Shown one piece after another: positions 10,027 to 21,170 of a DNA stretch of 64,000 nucleotides. The notes under the pieces are model-generated. The model worked only from the letters and a program-made list of their open reading frames with translations, had not been told where the DNA came from and made no database searches. Made by a program: the position numbers and the translations under genes. Numbering within the stretch: position 1 is the first letter of the stretch; every line of letters begins with the position of its first letter. Source of the stretch: Schmidtea nova (lineage: Eukaryota). Where the stretch lies: positions 308,698,001 through 308,762,000 of the forward strand of contig CM097883.1 in the NCBI GenBank assembly GCA_044892505.1, written 5' to 3'.

Positions 10027-11579
10027 CTTGGAAAAATTTTGAAAATAATATTAATTTTGAAAANNNNNNNNNNNNNNNNNNNNNNNNNNNNNNNNNNNNN
10101 NNNNNNNNNNNNNNNNNNNNNNNNNNNNNNNNNNNNNNNNNNNNNNNNNNNNNNNNNNNNNNNNNNNNNNNNNNNNNNNNNNNNNNNNNNNNNNNNNNNN
10201 NNNNNNNNNNNNNNNNNNNNNTGAACAAGGACAAGAACAACCCCCGCCCCCACTCCCACTCCCCCGCCCCCTGTTTTTGTTTTTGTTTTTAATTTTTAAT
10301 TTTTTTTTGTTTTTGTTTTTAAAATTTTTTATAAAATCTTAAACTAAATACAATAAACTTTTTTATATTGAAATTTTCAAGAGATTTTTATGTTAAATAA
10401 AAAGCACGTGTAAATTTAGAAAAATGTTAAATAGATTTAAATGGTTAAATTAAATAGGCAATAAAACATGGAGAATTTTACAAAAACAAAAGATTGACAT
10501 TATTTAAGAAAACAGAGTGATATCAAGGCAATGTAAGAGTTTAAATGACTCTGGTATTTTTGTATTTGATTTTTTGGTCTGGTATTTTTGAACACAATAT
10601 TTTGGACTCATTATTTTCGATAAAGAATTTACGTCTGGGAATTTCCAAAAATTAAAAAGTGGTCAGAATTCAATAACTTTTATACCAATATACTGAGAAT
10701 TGAAAAGCGAACAATAAAGGTCAAAAAATTAAAATCATGAAAAAATCAAAATTTTATACGGAAAATGTCAGTCTCAGTAAAAGAGGGTAAAATACATAAA
10801 AACGTGGAAATATTTAAAAAAATTTTAAACTAAATACTTAAATCTAAATAAATTTATCATAATTAAATAAAAAAGTAAATAAATTCTATACGAATTTCAA
10901 AACTCAGTAAATAATTCACTGATTATTTTGTATTGAATTTATCAAGTAAAATGGTACATTAAATAAAAGCATGGAAATAATAAGTAAATTAAAGTTAGAA
11001 TTTTAAAATAATTTGTACTGGATTTATGAAAAATGGTAAAGTAAATAAATTAAAGATAGAATTTTAAAAATAAATTAAGAATTTAAAGATAAATAGAATT
11101 ATAAACAAATAATTTTTTAAAAAATAAGTAAATTAAGAAAGACGTGAGTTTTTGTAATAATATTAAAATGAATTGATTTTAAATGAACTTTTAAGGTAAT
11201 ATTTGAAAAATGTGAGAATTATTAAATATTTTTGAAATTTTTTAAAGTAATATATATTTTTTTACCAATAAAGTCAATGTAAAATTTCTTTTTAAACATT
11301 AACCAACAAGTAAATTTTTTAATTAGCAAATACAAAGTAAATATTTTTCACAATTAAAATTTTTAATTAATAAATACAAATCCTAATATTTTTCAATATA
11401 ATCATTTTTAAGGAAATGAACAAATAAATATAGTAAATAAAACACATGTAAATATTGAATTTATTTAGAATAAAAGTAGTTATTAAACAAGAGTTGTTAC
11501 AATTTTGTATAATAAGTTATAAAATATTGAATAAAGACATAAATTTTTAAAAATAATTGAAAAAATGGAAACAAGTAAA

Positions 11580-11590
11580 ATAATAATAAT

Positions 11591-11667
<77 letters not shown>
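11580..11667. repeat. (TAA)n microsatellite
   Basis: Direct reading; other (TAA)n tracts lie at about 9970-10023, 23540-23592, 30165-30200, 38283-38312 and 60720-60751. Confidence 0.95.
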
Positions 11668-11699
11668 GTAACGTCTATCATTCAATCTAAGTACCTACA

Positions 11700-13060
11700 A
11701 TAAACCGATCAACTAACTAATAATCTTATTACACACACAAATCAACCACTGACTAGTAACTGATCAAATGTCAACTGACTCTATCCACAAATCACCAACC
11801 AACTAGTTACTTACCAGTTACCAACTGACTATGCATTAACCAACTAGGAAAATTGTTCCATGTGTCAATCAATTATCTCTTTCTATTAACTAGATATCAA
11901 TTAATCCAATACCCTTAGTTAACAAACAGACCAATTTCTTACCAACCAACTGGTTATATACATCAACCAACTACTTCTATACATTAACCAACTAGTTCTA
12001 TACCAACCAACTAACTACACTAACCAACGAACTAACTATACATACTAACCAGCAACTAATCTCTTACTTACTAACTAGTTCTATACATCAACCAACTTAC
12101 TCTTCTCATTAACCAATTTACTCTATTCACAAATCACCAATCAACTACTCTAACTAACTAACTAACTATACACACTAACTATCAACCAATACTTTACTTC
12201 CAAACTACTTCTTAACATTAATCAACTAGCACTATTCACAAATCACCGATCAACTACCCACTCTATACATACTAATCAGTCAACAATCAAATACTTACTT
12301 ACCAAGTAGTTTTACACATTAACGAACTACTTCTACATGTTAACCAACTAGTTCTATCCACCAACCAATTGGTACTATTCATTAATCTTATACAAACCAA
12401 CCAACTAACCGCTCTATACATACTAACCAGCAAATAATTCGTTACTAACCAACTAATTCTATACATTAATCTTATACCTATCAATCTACCTACCAACTAC
12501 ACTAACCAACTAACTAACTATACATACTAACCAGCAACTAATCTCTTACTTACCAACTAGTTCTATTCATCAACCAACTAGTTATATCCATTAATTTTAT
12601 ACCTATCAATCTACCAACCAACCAACTAACCGCTCTATACATACTAACCAGCAACCAATTTCTTACTAACCAACTAGTTCTATTCATCAACCAACTAGTT
12701 CTATTCATTATTCTTGTACCAACCAACCAACTACATTAACCAACTAACTAACTAAACACTCTAACTATCAACCAATTCCTTACTTCCCAACTAACTCTTC
12801 TCATTAACCAACTAGTTCTATTCATTAATCATATACTAGCCAACCAGCCACTCACTCTACACACTATCCATCCAAGTACTTACCAACTACTTCTATACAT
12901 TAACCAACTAGTTCTATACATTAACCAACTAAATCTATTCATAAATCAACAACAGACTAGTTAATTATTAAATATCATTTGATTCTATCCATAATCAACT
13001 AGTTAAATCAAATAATCGGATACCAACTGACTCTATACATTAAACAAATAATTCTTCACT
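11700..13060. repeat. Degenerate G-poor minisatellite (ACCAACTA/CTAGTTCTAT/CATTAACC units)
   Basis: Recurring ACCAACTAGTTCTAT...ATTAACCAAC motifs with strong G depletion on the + strand. Confidence 0.8.
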
Positions 13061-14909
13061 CTAAGGAAATTGTTCCACGTATCAATTAACTCTTCGCATT
13101 AACTAGATATGATATTTAAAACTAACTGATTCTAAATGTCGTGTCATAAAATTAAATTTATTACTTAGAATAATTGAATTAATTTTTAGTTGATTATCAG
13201 TTTTTAAAAAGGTATACTAATATCTACGTTGTTAAAATGAAATTTTTTATTAAATAAAGTTCTTTAAATTTTGAATATATTTAAAATGCAAATGACTTTT
13301 AATCCAAAGCTCTATTGAAATCATTGTTCATATAATTCTCCACTTGATAACTAACATGTATAATTAATTTAAAAACCATTAGAAAAACCCGATTAACTAG
13401 GTAAACCTATTAAAATGATAAGATACGCAACTAATGAAATATTTCTTGATATTTCTTATTACATGTACAAATTATTTCTTCACTCCGTTAATTTAAAGGA
13501 TTAAATAAATAAATATTCAATTAATTTGAATTTAACTTTAGAATGTTATTAAAAAAATAAAAATATACAATTTAAAAGATACGTACATTTTTATTTCTAT
13601 TCTTCTTGAATATATTTTCTTGCATAAAATAATTATTCATGTTTTCTTCATTAAAATAGATAATCATATTTTCTTGCATAAATTCTTTGTTGATTGTCAA
13701 TAAATTCTAAAAATAATAAAAATTAATTCAAAAATTTCAATACAAATATTTATTTATTAAACATTTTTATTAACCACTCTAAACTGTGCTATCACGTGTA
13801 ACTTTATGTCATCGGATTCTGGTATCAGATTCTGTTATATTCAATTCACTGATACTAAATGTTCTGCTACTGGATAAAAAATAATGAAAATTCAAAAAAT
13901 ATTGGTATATGAGTGAAAATACATAGTATGAAGCTTTTACAGGTAAAAACCATCACAAAAGAGGTTCTGCTACTAAAGGTTTTGCTAGGAAGGTTCTGTT
14001 AGTGGAAAATAGACTGAAAAATTGTCTAAATGGGTGAAAATATTTATTAGCTTTGAAGTGTTAAAACAGAATGGTTTTCGTCTAATTTTCAACGGATTGT
14101 CTCAATAGATTATTCACTTCAATTGGCCATCCCAGTTTCAACTTCTTTTGAGTGAAATTTGAATAAATTTACCCTTTGTGTATTTTCAACTAAAGAAACT
14201 ATCAATTTGAATATTTGCCTTGATAAATACATCATTCGAATGAATGTCCCATCATTTTTATTTTCATCTTTAAAAGCTTTTCAAGTTAATGAATACAATG
14301 AATTTTAAAAATTTACATCTTTTTATGTAGTTTCTTACCTGAATTTATTTATTGTAATTACCAATTGAATTTTCTCCAATTATTGAACCTTTTTCAGTGG
14401 AATTCTCATTAAAGATTTTACAATTCTAAATTTATAATAGTAAAATATTTATTTATTTAATCCTTTAAATTAACGGAGTGAAGAAATAATTTGTACATGT
14501 AATAAGAAATATCAAGAAATATTTCATTAGTTGCGTATCTTATCATTTTAATAGGTTTACCTAGTTAATCGGGTTTTTCTAATGGTTTTTAAATTAATTA
14601 TACATGTTAGTTATCAAGTGAAGAATTAGATGAACAATGATTTTAATAGAGCTTTGGATTTAAAGTCATTTGCATTTTAAATATATTCAAAATTTAAAGA
14701 ACTTTATTTAATAAAAAATTTCATTTTAACAACGTAGATATTAGTATACCTTTTTAAAAACTGATAATCAACTAAAAATTAATTCAATTATTCTAAGTAA
14801 TAAATTTAATTTTATGACACGACATTTAGAATCAGTTAGTTTTAAATATCATATCTAGTTAATGCGAAGAGTTAATTGATACGTGGAACAATTTCCTTAG
14901 ATTGAAGAA
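13052..14909. repeat. Long inverted repeat (~466-bp arms, ~930-bp spacer)
   Basis: 13052-13517 is the near-perfect reverse complement of 14444-14909 (e.g. CTAAGGAAATTGTTCCACGT / ACGTGGAACAATTTCCTTAG), with only a few substitutions. Confidence 0.9.
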
Positions 14910-15039
14910 CTTCATTAATTGTTTGGAGCTGCTGATAGATTTTCGACTTTAATAGATGCAGGTTTCTTCTGTACTGATGATTAGAATATAAACATATTAT
15001 TTTGATGAATTAATAATATCTGCAATATCAGTATGCCTT

Positions 15040-15123
15040 CCTAACGAATAAGGATACACATATCTACGATTGAAACTATCAAAAGTCAATTTCACGAGGT
15101 CTTTTCAAAGTAGAACAAGCCAT
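15040..15123 (-). pseudogene. AKIRIN: Akirin-like N-terminal fragment
   Basis: ATG at 15123 gives MACSTLKRPREIDF, matching the conserved akirin start MAC.TLKR...F(D/E); the frame is lost right after. Confidence 0.6.
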
Positions 15124-15199
15124 ATATATATATCACAAATAAAAATATATTACCTGATATCCTAAAACAAACGTTTTAATTTTGTGATTTAACATACTG

Positions 15200-16335
15200 A
15201 TCTTTATACTACGCCAGAAAGTCTTTGTGAGTTTAAATATAAGAAAATTTGATAAAAAGATTGATTTAAGATCATTGTGTTTATCCTCTACTTTCAAAAG
15301 TTCTGTAAAAAGTATAGATACACTAGTGGAACTGTTAATAAAAAATGGTTATTCAAAACAATTTTTGATGATGATAATGATGATGAGAGAAACTGTTGAT
15401 AAATGTATAAATAATCCTAAGGATCCATGTAAGCGAGAATGCAACTAACTTATAATTTGGATGATGTAGCGAATAATAGTAAAGGATCAATCAAACAAAA
15501 AAATCATAAAATCACGATGGTATTGCTGTATTTGGAGGGGTTTTAAGAATATAAAAGGAATATAAGAAAGCAATTCAGTGGTTTTAACTTTAGGATTGAA
15601 TCCAATTCGTGCAAAGTGGATAATATGTTTGTTAATAAGTCGCAAACTCCGATTGGATTGTGTTCAGTTCTTGTTTATCAATTTACATGTAATGGGTGTA
15701 ATGCCACATACATTGGAGAAACTGCTTATCCTCTCTGTACTCGAGTTCGTGAACACGGTCGACTGAAGGGAGTGTCGAATATTAGTAATCATAATAAAAT
15801 CTGTAACAGAAAGATTGGTATGTCTGATTTTAAAATCTTATCGAAAAATCTTAATAATAATTATGAACACATTATATGCGAAGCGTTGCTGATAATATCG
15901 TTGAATCCTAAAGATAATGTGCAAAATGCTGTGAACGCGTGTATTTTGAGTAATTTTCAATAGTTTGTGTGTTTTGTTGTATTAAATTGAATGATGAAAT
16001 GAAATGAAATTAAAAATTAAAATTAAATTAATTAAATTGAATTAGTTTAGGTTAAAATTTAATAAATAAATTTTTTAAAAATATATATAATTTGAAATAT
16101 TTTAGAAATTTGAAATAAAATTTGTTAATAATTAATCATTTTAAAAATTTATTTGTGGATTGTTTCTTAATAAATTAATATTTATATTTTAAAATAAATG
16201 TTTGAAAAAAAAATTTTTTTTAATGTTAACATCTTTAGCTAATTATCTTTTCTAATTTGTTTGTTTAGTCTGAATTTAGCATAGTTTTATGAATACATGA
16301 TGATGGCAGGGAGTCTGTCCAAATATATTGTTCGT
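15200..16335 (+). mobile_element. Penelope-like retroelement 3' remnant (RT C-terminus + GIY-YIG endonuclease)
   Basis: LLIKNGYSKQFL; VYQFTCNGCNATYIGETAYPLCTRVREH...EALLI...P..N; degenerate hammerhead motif at 16291-16333. Confidence 0.85.
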
Positions 16336-16399
16336 TTGTTGTATAAATGGCGTTTTACGTTAATTTAATCGTTGCATTGTTTGTTTACTTATTTATATA

Positions 16400-17249
16400 T
16401 AATATAGTTTTTCTAACACGGTTTTCGCCAAATTTATTATTACAAATTTAAACCTCTACATAGTGATACTCAAACTATTAAAAATACCTACCACGTTTAG
16501 ATCAAAGGTAGACATAGAGGGTCACAAGCAACGACAAATTGAAAGCAACAAACAATGCTGACCAACTTATATTTACTGAAATCTGCATCGCTTTTCAATT
16601 ACCAATAAATTACAATCCATTTCACAATTTTTTATCAAAAGTAGATTGTTTACGACAATATTCTTATAAATGGTTGGAAAGGAATGAAGTGCATAAACAA
16701 TTTCAAAAACTAATGTTCTTTCAAAGTTAGGCCATAGGAATTGTTTGCAGGTTTACTGCTGGTATTATCTACTATGAGTTTCCCATTTCTGGTGAAACCA
16801 TCACAACAGTTAAGTATCAACATGAGATCGACGAAATACATAAGAATCCTCGACTCCTTTCCCCGAAATTGGAAAACAAAATGAGCCCAATCCTCTTGCG
16901 TGACAACGCTTTGCTACTTGTCATGAAACTAGCACTACTGAAGCTTAATGAATTGGGATATAAGATTCTGCCTCATCCCCAATATCCACCTGACGTCTTA
17001 GCAACTACCTATTTTTAAACATTTAGATAACTTTCTTAGTAATAAAATCTCGAGAAAACGGGATGCTGTAAAAAATGCCTCCCGACAATTTGTCATGAGA
17101 AAAACAAACTTTTATCCGGTTATCAAAATTGTATCAAAATTGTATCAAATCAAATGATTCTTATTTTGATTAATAAAGTTCAGTATTAACCATTTTTTAG
17201 CTTTCAATGTTTATGGTAAAAAAAATGCATTAATTTTGCAACAGCTTAA
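16400..17249 (+). mobile_element. Mariner transposon remnant
   Basis: GIIYYEF...GETIT, PILLRDNA, LNELGYKILPHPQYPPD; degenerate 3' TIR AAAAATGCATTAATTTTGCAACAGCTTAA. Confidence 0.8.
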
Positions 17250-19071
17250 AAGCTATAATTTACCGATATTATTTAATTAAAATGTACTTATCAGATTATA
17301 ATATGAATTATAATGTAAAAATTTTGTAAATCTTTTGTAAATCTTTAATTAATTTTATTATTTTTATTAAATTTTATAAAATTTATTTATTTTTTCAATA
17401 AATAAAATCAACGAAAGCAGTTTTCTAGTGAACCCAATTTCAATAATTGCCTAGTTATTACTGAAGACTTTTATGGTCCTTGAAAAAGAGAAAATTAAAT
17501 ATTTTGATTTCTGAAAGACTATTATCTATATTTATAAATGTTAGCTAAATAAGAGCGCAGATAAAAATCAACAACTTGGATTTGCTTATTTTTTGAATTT
17601 TTATTTTTTAATAACAGAGACGAATGAAAGCTGATGCGAACAGAGTGGTAATGTAAATATGATGACCCAAAATAACAGATATCAAAACATATTTTTATTT
17701 ATAGACTCTATAATGAAAATATTTCTTAAAAATANNNNNNNNNNNNNNNNNNNNNNNNNNNNNNNNNNNNNNNNNNNNNNNNNNNNNNNNNNNNNNNNNN
17801 NNNNNNNNNNNNNNNNNNNNNNNNNNNNNNNNNNNNNNNNNNNNNNNNNNNNNNNNNNNNNNNNNNNNNNNNNNNNNNNNNNNNNNNNNNNNNNNNNNNN
17901 NNNNNNNNNNNNNNNNNNNNNNNNNNNNNNNNNNNNNNNNNNNNNNNNNNNNNNNNNNNNNNNNNNNNNNNNNNNNNNNNNNNNNNNNNNNNNNNNNNNN
18001 NNNNNNNNNNNNNNNNNNNNNNNNNNNNNNNNNNNNNGTATTGTTTAAAAATAAATTTAAGAATAGAATTTGTTTAAATAATTTCTTGCAATATATTTCC
18101 CTGTACTTTTACAAAACATGTATTTTTTGGGAAAAGGCTGGGACCTAGCAGAGATATTTTTAACAATTATATCAGGATAATTTAGAGTGAAGGTATGTTA
18201 CTGTTGTATGTTTGTATAAGTGCAGAGTGCAATAAAAATGTATTTAATAAAATTATATTTAAGACAAATTTAATATGAATAAAACTAATTATATTATTTT
18301 CCAAATTGAAATTTTCTTAATAATAAAAAAACGAAATTTAGTTAATAAAATTAATTACTAACTTTCAATATATATTTTTTAATATTTTTTGATTATTTCA
18401 TTAGGATTATTTTATTATAATGAAATGATTTGTAATTTATTTCTAAGTTAAATTTTTTAAATCAAAAATTAAATTTTTATTATTTATTTTAAATTCCCTA
18501 TAATTTCTTACAATTGAAAATTGATACGCGTACTAGGAGATTATTTAGTTTATGTATGCTACTTTTGTATGTTTGTATATGTACAGAGTGCAATACAAAA
18601 ATAAATTAATAAAATTAAATTTTGAAAAAAAGACAAATTTTATCTCAACAAAAGTAATAACAGAAGTAATAATAGAAGAATGTCATTTAGTTAATAAAAT
18701 TAATTACTAACTTTCAATAACTTTTAACTTAATTTTTTTAAATTAAAAATTAAATTTTTATTATTTATTTTTAATTTCCTACATAATTTTTTACTATTGG
18801 GAATTGATCCGCGTGACTTTATTATAAATTCAGTTATAATTAGTTTAAAAAGAAAATATAAAAATAACATTGTTATGAAGAANNNNNNNNNNNNNNNNNN
18901 NNNNNNNNNNNNNNNNNNNNNNNNNNNNNNNNNNNNNNNNNNNNNNNNNNNNNNNNNNNNNNNNNNNNNNNNNNNNNNNNNNNNNNNNNNNNNNNNNNNN
19001 NNNNNNNNNNNNNNNNNNNNNNNNNNNNNNNNNNNNNNNNNNNNNNNNNNNNNNNNNNNNNNNNNNNNNNN

Positions 19072-19305
19072 GCTGTCCTTAGGGTCCTCTGAAACTGTTG
19101 ATGCATGATATTGTTGGCTTTCTCGACTTGTTAATGGGGCGAATCCTGGAACGAAAAAATGCAAACGTGGAATTGGAACCATGTTAAAGGTAAATTTGCC
19201 CAAATCAGCTTTCAATTGACCAGGAAATACCAAACATGCCGTCCCTCAACTTGCAGCGCTCATCAAATGATCAAATCCCGGTAAGCTGAAGTTGTCGATT
19301 TCCTT
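19072..19305 (-). pseudogene. TUBB: Beta-tubulin internal fragment
   Basis: [40 protein letters not shown] matches beta-tubulin [40 protein letters not shown]; the upstream YGDLNHL region is frameshifted; truncated by an N-gap. Confidence 0.92.
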
Positions 19306-19313
19306 TCATCTGA

Positions 19314-19517
19314 TCACGCGTCTGTAAATTTCTCTAATTCCATCAGACATTTGATTCGTCTGAGTTTGGTCATTTCATCGTAATCGAGATTATATTGAAT
19401 TGCTGAATCGCAATCCATCGGAGCATCGGGATATTTACCAAGTTCTATCAATGAAAAAGTATGATTGGAATAGCATAACGACGTTAATAGCGGAAATTTA
19501 CTGTTACTCATATTCAA
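19314..19517 (-). pseudogene. TPR-domain fragment (DNAJC7-like co-chaperone)
   Basis: CYSNHTFSLIELGKYPDAPMDCDSAIQYNLDYDEMTKLRRIKCLMELEKFTDA follows the TPR consensus (Y.NR....KL..Y..A..DC..AI....Y.K...RR..C....E...A). Confidence 0.65.
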
Positions 19518-19536
19518 CGTTTCAGTATATCTGTCG

Positions 19537-19705
19537 GATGCACCTGTTTTGCCAGTTCCATTTTGGGCTCTAGCAATTACGTCCTCACCTCGTATTATTG
19601 AAGGAATAAAAATAGCTTGAATTGGTTTTTCTTTAGTAAACCCTTTTTTGATGATTTCACCTCAATCTAGACAGATAAATTTGGCTAATTCCAAATGATT
19701 AATCA
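19537..19705 (-). pseudogene. DEAD-box helicase fragment (Q motif + motif I; DDX6/eIF4A-like)
   Basis: KKGFTKEKPIQAIFIPSIIRGEDVIARAQNGTGKTGA. Confidence 0.85.
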
Positions 19706-19939
19706 TTATGCACTTTGATATATTTACTTTAAAAAATATCTGCGTCAACAACAAGGACAAAATGAAACAAAAATTCCAAGCCAGTTATTTATGTTTTTAA
19801 GAAAACTTCCAATTCATCGAAATTTCAAAACAAAAAACTCCCACAAAGACTTTCGAAACTAAACTCTAGAAATCACAAAAAAGGTACAGTAAAACAACTG
19901 CCAAAGTTTATTTCAAAAAACCCATAATTTCATTGATTA

Positions 19940-20023
19940 TTATAAAAACCGCAAAGCCAATTGAACATCCTTGGGTTTGTGTACGCACACCGACCAAGAC
20001 TCCACATAAATGTCATTAAACAT
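19940..20023 (-). pseudogene. Possible histone H3/CenH3 C-terminal fragment
   Basis: MFNDIY...KPKDVQLALRF resembles LFED(A/T)...PKD(V/I)QLARRI, but the match is short and has a gap. Confidence 0.3.
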
Positions 20024-20062
20024 CACCACCGCACACACAGACGCGACGAAATGTATCTTTAT

Positions 20063-20398
20063 AAAGAGCTGTATTGGAAATGTGTCCATAGGCAATAAGT
20101 TTATTGAAGGCAGTCCAGTGCAATGATGATTATTGTTTGAGATTTTTAATTAAATGCCAATTTAAACGGTTGGAAATACTTTCCATTATTCAGTAATGTA
20201 TCGATATCGGATTTAATTGGTGGTAACACAGAACTGACACCATTTTCAACGAGTTTTTCTTTTAATTCTGATAGGACGTTATAGCAACATTTTTTCAATT
20301 CTTGATTGTGATTTTTATTTATTATTTTTATTTATGTCTTTATCTTGAAATATTCTTTGGATTTCCCATATGAGAAAGTTGTCGGTGTTTGATTGCAT
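20063..20398 (-). pseudogene. ARFGEF1/2: BIG1/BIG2 (Sec7 Arf-GEF) N-terminal fragment
   Basis: From ATG 20398: NFLIWEIQRIFQDKD...QELKKCC..VL.ELK...LPPIKS...KYFQPFKLA.. then IALDCLQ(K)LIAYGH, matching human BIG1 KYFLPFELACQSK...SLDCLQKLIAYGH; one stop and one frameshift. Confidence 0.88.
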
Positions 20399-20557
20399 TT
20401 ATTTGGATAATATTTGATATAAAATTTATATAGATTTCGATAAGACCGTCTAACGGCTTCCAGGCTCGCCACAATCTCTCACACCAATCATGACCCACTT
20501 TTAATTATTTAATCTTTATTTTAAATACGTTTTAAATATTTTATGAAGCGGGCGTGA

Positions 20558-20561
<4 letters not shown>

Positions 20562-20610
<49 letters not shown>

Positions 20611-21170
20611 ACAACTCAGCTGCAATTTTCAGACACGAAACAAATTCAAAATATATTAATCATCTTTATTAGTTTAATAGTGATTGCATAATCAAATGTA
20701 AAAAAACATTTGTTACTTTTTATAAAATTAATTAAAACCCACCAAATGCAGGTGGATATTGCATTTTTATATTAATTTAGGAATTAAATTATTTTATAAT
20801 CAAAGCTCCACAACTTATATGTTCCAATTAATGTTTTAAACCATTTTTAATACTATAAACTTTAAAATATTAATTTTCGATTTACATGTCTTATTAGGCC
20901 CAATAAAATTTCTGCTTCCATTTGGGCTTTTGAACCCGTGCTCACAGATTAACGAGCAATTGTTCTAATGTATGCAACATAACACCCATTACAAGTAAAT
21001 GCGATAAACAAAATCAGAACATAAACCAACGGTGTCATAGATTTATTACTGAGCGTGTCACGATCTTTACATACTTGGAAATCATTAACATTGATATTTA
21101 TGAGTTTTTTAAAAAGACTTTATAAAATTTACAAACAATTAAAACTAAAACCACAAAAAAAGTCAAATCT
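20562..21170 (-). mobile_element. Old Penelope-like remnant (GIY-YIG + degenerate hammerhead) ending in (TA)n
   Basis: FTCNGCYVAYI on the minus strand; colinear similarity to the copy at 23600-24635; CTGAAAA-TTGCAGC-TGA-GTTGTT-GA(TA)n at 20562-20632. Confidence 0.75.
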
